This document shows positions 16,070-22,634 of a stretch of 32,000 nt of DNA, one piece after another. Below the pieces are notes generated by a model. That model was not told the DNA's origin and searched no databases. It saw only the letters and a list, made by a program, of their open reading frames with translations. Origin of the DNA: a bacterium. GTDB lineage: Bacteria > UBP7 > UBA6624 > JBBIMK01. The position numbers were made by a program, and so were the translations under genes. The stretch spans positions 30,001 to 62,000 of the forward strand of contig JBBIMK010000006.1 of the NCBI GenBank assembly GCA_037444445.1. Reading direction: 5' to 3'. The first letter of the stretch is position 1. Each line of letters begins with the position of its first letter.

Positions 16070-16879
16070 ATGGAATCGCTGAAAGAAAAATATCTACAGA
16101 TGTTATCTTTCATCCGCCGGTTTTCCTCCATACTGATTGCATTTTCCGGCGGTCTGGACAGTGGATTCTTACTGTATGCTACACGGGAGGCAGGGGCAAC
16201 ATCCCGCCACAGCAAAGACTTTCGCTTGCTCGCCCTCACAGCCCTCTCCCCTGCGGTGCCAGAATGGGATAAAACGGATGCCCATCGCATCGCCTCAGAA
16301 CTGGGCATTCGCCACCGTTTTCTTCCCACAGACCTTTTAAACCATTTGAACTATCAAGAAAATACTCCTCAGCGCTGTTATTTTTGCAAAAGCGACCTGT
16401 ATAAGAGAATGGAAGAGATTCGCCAGAAAGAGAACTACGAAGTGATTTTCAATGGAACACACGCCGATGACCTTCAGGATGTTCGCCCCGGGTTGAAAGC
16501 GGGAGAAGAATACCGGGTTGTTAGCCCTCTCCTCCACGCGAATTTTACCAAAATGGAAATCCGAACCCTTGCAAAAGAGTTCGGGCTCTCCTTCTGGGAT
16601 AAGCCATCCTCTCCCTGCTTAGCCAGCCGAATCCCTTACGGTATTCCCATCACGGAAGCCTCTCTCAGGAGAGTGCAGAAAGCAGAATCTGCCCTCCGTC
16701 GGTTGGGCTTCCACATCATTCGGGTTCGCGATAGAGGAGACTTCGCTACTCTGGAATTGGGTTCAGAGGATTTTTCAAGAGCAGATTTCACAGATATAGC
16801 CCCCTCTATTCACAGGATTCTAACTTCCGTCGGGTACTCGCGATGGGACATTCAAAAATATCACGCAGGGAGGGAATAA
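16070..16879 (+). CDS. larE: PP-loop ATP pyrophosphatase of the LarE / TIGR00268 family
   Basis: The PP-loop is ILIAFSGGLDSGFLL. Other matches are RCYFCKSDLY, FNGTHADDLQDVRPGLKA, and SPLLHANFTKMEIR. The sacrificial-Cys region is KPSSPCLASRIPYG, and IRVRDRGDFATLEL lies near the C-terminus. The ATG is 3 nt after the AbiEii stop. Confidence 0.75.
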   Translation: MESLKEKYLQMLSFIRRFSSILIAFSGGLDSGFLLYATREAGATSRHSKDFRLLALTALSPAVPEWDKTDAHRIASELGIRHRFLPTDLLNHLNYQENTPQRCYFCKSDLYKRMEEIRQKENYEVIFNGTHADDLQDVRPGLKAGEEYRVVSPLLHANFTKMEIRTLAKEFGLSFWDKPSSPCLASRIPYGIPITEASLRRVQKAESALRRLGFHIIRVRDRGDFATLELGSEDFSRADFTDIAPSIHRILTSVGYSRWDIQKYHAGRE

Positions 16880-16885
16880 TCTTCC

Positions 16886-16904
16886 TGCCCCACGGGCATT
16901 TCTT
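16886..16904 (+). terminator. weak terminator-like hairpin after the larE-like gene
   Basis: The hairpin is TGCCC-cac-GGGCA (16886-16898), followed by TTTCTT. The stem is short (5 bp), so confidence is low. Confidence 0.3.
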
Positions 16905-16989
16905 GCTCATTGCCCTCAAACTTTTCAGAATCTTGTCTTTACCATTTCTTAACCTGTTCTTAATCGTTTTTTAACCTTATGATAAGAAA

Positions 16990-17655
16990 ATGAATAGTGG
17001 AGGAGATGAATCGGTGAGGAAACGAGGATTTACATTGATTGAAATAATTGCAGGAATTGCCATCATTATCATTCTTGCGGCTGTGGTTTTTCCCGCCGTA
17101 TTTCATCAGATTGTCAAGGGGCGGGTGTCCCGCTTAATCTCAGAGGCTGAAGTGCTCCGCAAGGCGTCGCTGGAATACTTTGGTGATGTAGAATCCTGGC
17201 CTCGGGACCCGGCAGGCGGAACGGATAACTCCATCAACCAACTCCTCAACAACCCGGTGGGGATGCCAAACTGGAAAGGACCTTATCTGGATAAACCGCC
17301 TCGGTCCACGGGAGGGCGCTATGTGGATAGTTTTGGCGGCTGCTTGATGCTGAATGACACCGATGTGGGAGATGGGGATGACTCCGAGCCGGACCGGAAT
17401 GGCAACGGGAATGTTCGCGACCGTTTCGTCTATTTTGGCGACCTGCCCGCCCGTGAAGCCAACCTGATGGATGTCACAATAGATGGAGAGACGGCGCCCA
17501 ACATCGGAGACCCAAGCACCGGAGTGGTGATTCAAATTAACAATACCGGATCCGGCACGGACCCCTGTAGTGGGAAGATTCAGGGCACCGACTGGCGAAC
17601 CGACCCTTCTACCACGCCAGAAACAGCCCTCTATATTTTCAGTGAAGGCACATAG
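16990..17655 (+). CDS. prepilin-type (type II secretion pseudopilin GspG-like / type IV pilin-like) protein with an extended acidic C-terminal domain
   Basis: The class III signal and methylation motif is RKRGFTLIEIIAGIAIIIILAAVVFPAV. The GspG-like core is NWKGPYLDKPP ... DSFGG. An Asp/Gly/Asn-rich segment follows (DVGDGDDSEPDRNGNGNVRD). The likely true start is GTG 17014, giving MRKRGFTLIE, with GGAGGA 9 nt upstream. Confidence 0.75.
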   Translation: MNSGGDESVRKRGFTLIEIIAGIAIIIILAAVVFPAVFHQIVKGRVSRLISEAEVLRKASLEYFGDVESWPRDPAGGTDNSINQLLNNPVGMPNWKGPYLDKPPRSTGGRYVDSFGGCLMLNDTDVGDGDDSEPDRNGNGNVRDRFVYFGDLPAREANLMDVTIDGETAPNIGDPSTGVVIQINNTGSGTDPCSGKIQGTDWRTDPSTTPETALYIFSEGT

Positions 17656-17663
17656 CCGGCTGA

Positions 17664-18314
17664 CTATTCGCCAGGGGCTGGAAAAGCTGTAGAAGCCCCC
17701 ACTTCATCCAGATATGCCCGTATATAGGCGCACGCGGTGGTGGGAAGGGTCAAAAATAATCCCACCACGATGATTCCTCCGAGGGCATTCAATCCCAGGA
17801 GCACAAGCCCCAAAACGAAATAATCTTTGTACTTCGGCGTAGTAAGGGTTCGGCTCTTTTCCAGCGCCGCCCAAACATTCATCTCGCCGTCTGCAACGGC
17901 AATAAAAGTGAAAATATACAGGATGGCAAGGAGAAAAGACACCCCACCCACAATCCCCACGATAATCCAGTGCTGTGAAAAAAAGAGCAAGAACTGGAGT
18001 GAGAGGATAGAGAGAAAATAAGAGGCGCCCGCCACCGTTTTCCAGAACCGAGTAAATCCCACGAAAAGGTCCTTAAACTCTGGCGTTTCTCCCTTCACAC
18101 GCCTCAAGAAATAATAGGCATATCCGGTTTCACACAGCCCGGTCAGCCAGGGCAGAAGCAGGGAACCTACAATCGGTATGAATTGGCGAAGGATAAGAAC
18201 AATGAGAAGAAAGGAAGCCCCTGTTATAACTGTGGCAATTACGGCATCGGCGATATTTCTGGACACCTCTTCCCAGCCCTTAGCAAGGTAGGAAATTATG
18301 GGATTTCCCTTCAC
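17664..18314 (-). CDS. polytopic inner-membrane protein of unknown function
   Basis: It contains several long hydrophobic segments: AVIATVITGASFLLIVLIL, IVGSLLLPWLTGL, ASYFLSILSLQFLLFF, IIVGIVGGVSFLLAILYIFTFIAV, and FVLGLVLLGLNALGGIIVVGLFL. The GTG start overlaps the stop of the upstream propeller gene (GTGA at 18311-18314). Confidence 0.55.
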   Translation of the reverse strand: MKGNPIISYLAKGWEEVSRNIADAVIATVITGASFLLIVLILRQFIPIVGSLLLPWLTGLCETGYAYYFLRRVKGETPEFKDLFVGFTRFWKTVAGASYFLSILSLQFLLFFSQHWIIVGIVGGVSFLLAILYIFTFIAVADGEMNVWAALEKSRTLTTPKYKDYFVLGLVLLGLNALGGIIVVGLFLTLPTTACAYIRAYLDEVGASTAFPAPGE

Positions 18315-19435
18315 TGACCGATGGAAAAGAGATACAGGCGCCCATCTTCGTTGGGCGCCATCAATAGGTTAGATGCCAGCACCGGGCTGGTGGGAAACCA
18401 CCCCTCTCCGGAATGCTGATGCAGGATTTGCCCGGAGGAACGGGAGAGAAAGTAGAGAACCTTTCCCTTCTCTCCCTTACTCCCTACTACCAGCCCATCT
18501 TTTCCCACTAAAATACCGGACAGTTCACCGATGAGGGTAGTCTTCCATAGAAAACTTCCATCCAGATTGAAGGCATAAACTTTAGAGCCAGCGAGGAGAT
18601 AAATTTCAGTATCGTCGGTAGCCAGCCCCCCTACCGATTCTTGTTTTTCCAATCGTAAGTCGTAACTCCAGACTTCCTTTCCTTCTTCCGACAGGAGAAA
18701 GAAGGAAAGGCGGTCGGCGGTCTGAAAGGGAGCAAGAATTCCGATGGCAGGAATTACTACGGGTGGCACCACGACTTCCCCATCCCCACGAAAACTCCAC
18801 AGGGTTTTCCCATCCTCTACCGATAAAGCCCAGAGATGGCTCTTCAGGGTGCCGATATACAGCCTGTTACCATACACAGACGGGAGCATGCGAAAAGGGT
18901 CCATATCTTCATTCAACTCTACGCTCCAGAGTCGTTTCCCTTCGGCAGAAAGGGCGAACACCGTGCCCTGCACATCGGCGAAATAAACCCGGGAACCATC
19001 AAACACCGTTCCTGTGACCGGACGCCCCACCGAGTCACTCCACAACACCTTCCCATCGGAAGTGGAAATTCCCAGGACTTTCCCCGTTAAGCCGGTGGGC
19101 AGAAAGAGAAGAGAATCAGAAGCAGAGAAGCCCCGCTCCTGCAAAAACTTCCCATCCGCAATCTGCATCTGCCAGGCGATTTTTTTCTCCACCCAGTTCA
19201 GGGCGGTCAGAACCCCCCGCCGACTGGAAATGGTGAATACCTGATTTCCCACCACCACGGGAGAAGCGAACAGCCCGCTAAAAGGGGGCGCCACCTCTAC
19301 CGACCGAATGAACTGAATTCCCTTCTGGAAGGAAAGGGGCACATACCCGGAATGTCGGCTATCTCCTCCAAAATTCTGCCATCCCACGGCCCCCACCAGA
19401 CCCACAAAAATTACCCATCCTCTTATTTTTCTCAT
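18311..19435 (-). CDS. PQQ-like / BamB-like beta-propeller repeat protein with a signal peptide
   Basis: The N-terminal signal is GWVIFVGLVGAVG. Repeated blades carry G(K)xLW motifs: DGKVLWSD, EGKRLWSV, DGKTLWSF, EGKEVWSY, DGSFLWKT. Confidence 0.65.
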   Translation of the reverse strand: MRKIRGWVIFVGLVGAVGWQNFGGDSRHSGYVPLSFQKGIQFIRSVEVAPPFSGLFASPVVVGNQVFTISSRRGVLTALNWVEKKIAWQMQIADGKFLQERGFSASDSLLFLPTGLTGKVLGISTSDGKVLWSDSVGRPVTGTVFDGSRVYFADVQGTVFALSAEGKRLWSVELNEDMDPFRMLPSVYGNRLYIGTLKSHLWALSVEDGKTLWSFRGDGEVVVPPVVIPAIGILAPFQTADRLSFFLLSEEGKEVWSYDLRLEKQESVGGLATDDTEIYLLAGSKVYAFNLDGSFLWKTTLIGELSGILVGKDGLVVGSKGEKGKVLYFLSRSSGQILHQHSGEGWFPTSPVLASNLLMAPNEDGRLYLFSIGQ

Positions 19436-19531
19436 CCTGACTTCTTAATTATATCAAAAAATGGAGGAAAAATCGTAAATGGAACAGGTATGTAGCCCGA
19501 CATCACGATTCCAGTATAATATCTTCGGAAG

Positions 19532-20503
19532 ATGGGGTTGAAAGAGTATTTTGAGCGAAATCCAGTGAAGGTGGTAATTTTTGCCGGCAAGGGTGGGCTT
19601 GGAAAAACCACCTGCTCCGCCGCCCTCGCCTGGCACTCCTCCCAGGTGGAAAAACGCAAAACCCTGTGCTTTTCCACCGACCCACAGGCTTCTCTCTCCG
19701 ATATTTTTGAACAGGACATCTTCGGTAAGGGAGTTCTGGAACTCCTCCCAAACCTCTACGCTGTGGAAATTGATGCGGATAAGCGTGTGGCGGATTATCA
19801 GAAGGAAGTGAAGCAAAAAATTCTTACTCTATATGGGCTGGAGGAAGTGCCAGAAGAGATTGAGGAATATATAGATTCCACCAGCGCCGAACCTGCGATG
19901 TATGAATCCGCCACCTACGATGCCATGGCTGACCTGGTGGCAAGTCAGGAATATGACCTCTACATCTTTGATATGCCTCCCTTTGGCCACGGCGTCCGGA
20001 TGGTGGCTATGGCTGACATCCTTTCTAAGTGGATAGATAAAATCACCGAAGCACGAAAACAAGCAGCAGAATACGAAGCCGTTGCCTCGACCATCAAGGG
20101 CGAGAAGGTCAGCGAAGACCTGATTATGAAGGAGCTTCTCACCATTCGCTCCAAAATCAAATTCTTCACCGATTTGCTCACCGATAGAAAGAAAACCGCC
20201 TTCTTTATGGTTCTTATTCCTGAAAGAATGGCAATTTTAGACACCCAGCGTGCCCTGACAATGTTCCAGAACCTCGGCATTTCCCTCTCCGGGCTGATTG
20301 TGAATCAGGTCTATCCCCCGGAACTCTTAAACAAGCCCGGTGTATCTGATTTTCTAAAGCGCAGAATTGATATGCAGAACGAGCACCTGAAAACCATCCA
20401 GCAGACATTTGGCAGTCGGCTTCTCGCCACGCTTCCGATGTTCCCGAAAGAGCCCAGAGGTTTCCATTCGCTCCAAAGCGTCGCTGAAGCCCTTCTTGAA
20501 TGA
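19532..20503 (+). CDS. single-domain ArsA/Get3 (TRC40)-family ATPase
   Basis: The deviant Walker A is VVIFAGKGGLGKTTCSAALA. The switch region is LYIFDMPPFGHGVRM. Later segments are FFMVLIPERMAILDTQRAL and GLIVNQVYP. At 323 aa it is one ATPase domain, not the duplicated ArsA. Confidence 0.75.
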   Translation: MGLKEYFERNPVKVVIFAGKGGLGKTTCSAALAWHSSQVEKRKTLCFSTDPQASLSDIFEQDIFGKGVLELLPNLYAVEIDADKRVADYQKEVKQKILTLYGLEEVPEEIEEYIDSTSAEPAMYESATYDAMADLVASQEYDLYIFDMPPFGHGVRMVAMADILSKWIDKITEARKQAAEYEAVASTIKGEKVSEDLIMKELLTIRSKIKFFTDLLTDRKKTAFFMVLIPERMAILDTQRALTMFQNLGISLSGLIVNQVYPPELLNKPGVSDFLKRRIDMQNEHLKTIQQTFGSRLLATLPMFPKEPRGFHSLQSVAEALLE

Positions 20504-20569
20504 CGAAATAACGACCCCTTTCGTGCCAGGCACCAAAAGGGTCCTGATTTCGGGAGTCCCGCCCACTTC

Positions 20570-20590
20570 GGGAGGAGACAAGCTCCTCCC
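20570..20590 (+). terminator. GC-rich hairpin after the ArsA/Get3-like gene (no U-tract)
   Basis: GGGAGGAG (20570-20577) pairs with CTCCTCCC (20583-20590) across the loop acaag. No T-run follows, so it may be a stabiliser or attenuator rather than a terminator. Confidence 0.3.
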
Positions 20591-20635
20591 CTACACATCT
20601 TGCTCCCTGTTTGATATGATAATCAAGGTAAGAAG

Positions 20636-21472
20636 ATGGAAGTCAGCGACAAGGAAATCCGAGAGTTAGAAGAGAAGGCGCGTGAAATTCGGAAGTGGGT
20701 GGTTCGGATGACGGGAACAGCGGGGAGTGGGCATCCTGGCGGCTCTCTATCAGAAGTTGATATTCTCACGGCTTTATATTTCAAAGTCCTTCGCCACGAC
20801 CCGAAAAACCCCAACTGGCCGCATCGGGACCGTTTCATCCTATCTAAGGGGCATGGCTGCCCCGCCCTCTACGCCGCCCTCGCTCTATCGGGTTACTTCC
20901 CCGTGGAATCCCTGCTCACCCTTCGCAAACTCGGTTCCCCTCTTCAGGGGCATCCGGATAAACGCATGCTACCTGTTCTGGAAGCCTCCACCGGTTCCCT
21001 CGGGCAGGGACTCTCCATTGCCATCGGCATGGCTCTGGCAGGAAAATTAGATGGGAAAGATTATCGCATCTATGCCCTCATGGGCGATGGAGAGTCTCAA
21101 GAAGGCCAGGTCTGGGAAGCCGCCATGTTTGCCGGCCATCATCGCCTGGATAATCTCACTGCCATCCTGGATTACAACGAGTTTCAACTGGATGATGCTC
21201 TGCTGAAAATACTATCGCTGGAGCCTCTAACGAACAAATGGCGCGCCTTCAACTGGCATGTGATTGAGGTGGATGGCCATCATATACCCCGGATAATAGA
21301 AGGCCTGCAAGAGGCTCGTGAAACCGTGGGCAAGCCTTCCATCATCATCGCCCACACGGTCAAAGGAAAGGGAGTGTCTTTTATGGAACGAAACAACGAA
21401 TTCCACGGCAAAGCCCCTACTCCCCAGCAAGTGGAGCAAGCCTTGAAAGAACTGGAGAGCCAGTCGGAATGA
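20636..21472 (+). CDS. transketolase, N-terminal (thiamine-diphosphate-binding) subunit
   Basis: Matches are GSGHPGGSLS, DRFILSKGHGCPALYAAL, LGQGLSIAIGMALA and the ThDP motif MGDGESQEGQVWEAAMFA ... NL. The stop overlaps the next start (ATGA at 21469-21472). Confidence 0.9.
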   Translation: MEVSDKEIRELEEKAREIRKWVVRMTGTAGSGHPGGSLSEVDILTALYFKVLRHDPKNPNWPHRDRFILSKGHGCPALYAALALSGYFPVESLLTLRKLGSPLQGHPDKRMLPVLEASTGSLGQGLSIAIGMALAGKLDGKDYRIYALMGDGESQEGQVWEAAMFAGHHRLDNLTAILDYNEFQLDDALLKILSLEPLTNKWRAFNWHVIEVDGHHIPRIIEGLQEARETVGKPSIIIAHTVKGKGVSFMERNNEFHGKAPTPQQVEQALKELESQSE

Positions 21473-22455
21473 ATCTCACGAAGTCTCAGCCCATTCCCGT
21501 GGCTTCTCCACCGTTCAAACTCGGCAAGCCCACCCGGGAAGCCTACGGTGAAGCACTCTTAGAACTGGGAAAAATGGACCCTCGCATCGTGGTGCTGGAT
21601 GCAGACCTCTCCAAATCCACCATGACGAGAATCTTTGCCAGAGAGTTTCCCGACCGTTTCTTCAATTTCGGGATAGCAGAGGCGGATATGGTAGGGGCAT
21701 CCGCAGGCCTCGCCGCCTCTGGAAAAATTCCCTTCGTCTCTTCCTTCGCCTGTTTCCTGACCTGTAAAGCCTACGACCAGATGCGTATTTCGGTTTGCCT
21801 CCCCGGCTTTAATGTGAAATTCGTTGCCAGCCACGGCGGTATCTCCGTGGGCGAAGACGGTCCTTCCCAGCAGAGCATAGAAGATATTGCCCTGATGTCC
21901 AGTTTGCCAGGTATGGTGGTCATTGTGCCAGCGGATGAACTGGAAACGAAAGAGGCGGTGAAAGCCATTTACTCTCACACCGGACCCTGTTACATCCGAA
22001 CCTGCCGGCCCAAAGCCCCCATCCTTTACACCGAATCCTGCGCCTTCCAAATTGGAAAAGCCAACCTCCTGCGGGAAGGGAATGACCTCACCCTGATTGC
22101 CAATGGGCTTCTCGTGGCGGAAGCCCTCCTCGCCGCAGAGGAACTGGAGAAAGAAGGAATTCATTCCCGGGTTCTGGATATGCACACAATTAAGCCGGTG
22201 GATGAGGGAGCCATAGAAGCGGCGGCAAGAGAAACGGGCGCCATCCTGACCTGCGAAGAAGCCACCATAAAGGGCGGGTTAGGTGCTGCGGTGGCCCAAT
22301 CCGCCGCCCGTTCCTGCCCCGTTCCTATGGACTTCATCGCCATCCCGGACACATACGCAGAATCCGGTAAGCCCGAAGAACTCTTCGACCGCTACGGCCT
22401 CACCGCAAAACACATCGCCCGCAAAGCCCGCTCCCTCCTCCAGCGCAAAACTTAA
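21469..22455 (+). CDS. transketolase, C-terminal (pyrimidine-binding) subunit
   Basis: Matches are REAYGEALLELG, VVLDADLSKST, FNFGIAEADMVGASAGLA, SHGGISVGEDGPSQQSIEDIALM, and IVPADELE. This is the typical split-tkt second subunit. Confidence 0.9.
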   Translation: MNLTKSQPIPVASPPFKLGKPTREAYGEALLELGKMDPRIVVLDADLSKSTMTRIFAREFPDRFFNFGIAEADMVGASAGLAASGKIPFVSSFACFLTCKAYDQMRISVCLPGFNVKFVASHGGISVGEDGPSQQSIEDIALMSSLPGMVVIVPADELETKEAVKAIYSHTGPCYIRTCRPKAPILYTESCAFQIGKANLLREGNDLTLIANGLLVAEALLAAEELEKEGIHSRVLDMHTIKPVDEGAIEAAARETGAILTCEEATIKGGLGAAVAQSAARSCPVPMDFIAIPDTYAESGKPEELFDRYGLTAKHIARKARSLLQRKT

Positions 22456-22582
22456 CCCAATCCCACACTCCCTCCACCCAGAATATCATCCCCAAAAAGT
22501 AAAAGTAATAAGCCTGTGACATCTGCATCTCACCAATATCTTGTAAATTCTCATCGGGAAAAATTAAAAGTTATTCCTGCAT

Positions 22583-22611
22583 TTGTAAAAATGGCTTAAT
22601 TGTGATATATA
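22583..22611 (+). promoter_or_regulatory. strong sigma70-like promoter TTGTAA-17 nt-TATATA with an extended TG
   Basis: TTGTAA is at 22583-22588 and the spacer is 17 nt. TG is at 22603-22604 and TATATA at 22606-22611. The ORF-track start GTG 22602 lies inside this promoter. AAGGGAAG (22620-22627) precedes ATG 22635. Confidence 0.5.
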
Positions 22612-22634
22612 AAAGAATAAGGGAAGAAATAAAG

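Noticed and set aside
19532-20503. Reading the ArsA-family ATPase as part of an arsenic-resistance operon.
   Set aside because: It has a single ATPase domain only. No arsB, acr3, arsC or arsD gene is adjacent, and the ArsR-family gene at 74-472 clearly belongs with the P1B pump.
21559-22185. A 208-aa minus-strand ORF inside the transketolase C-terminal subunit gene.
   Set aside because: It lies antisense to an unmistakable transketolase sequence and has no independent signals.
22602-22634. GTG 22602 as the start of the giant gene.
   Set aside because: This codon sits between the TG and the -10 hexamer of the best promoter in the window. ATG 22635 has a ribosome-binding site and still precedes the signal sequence.
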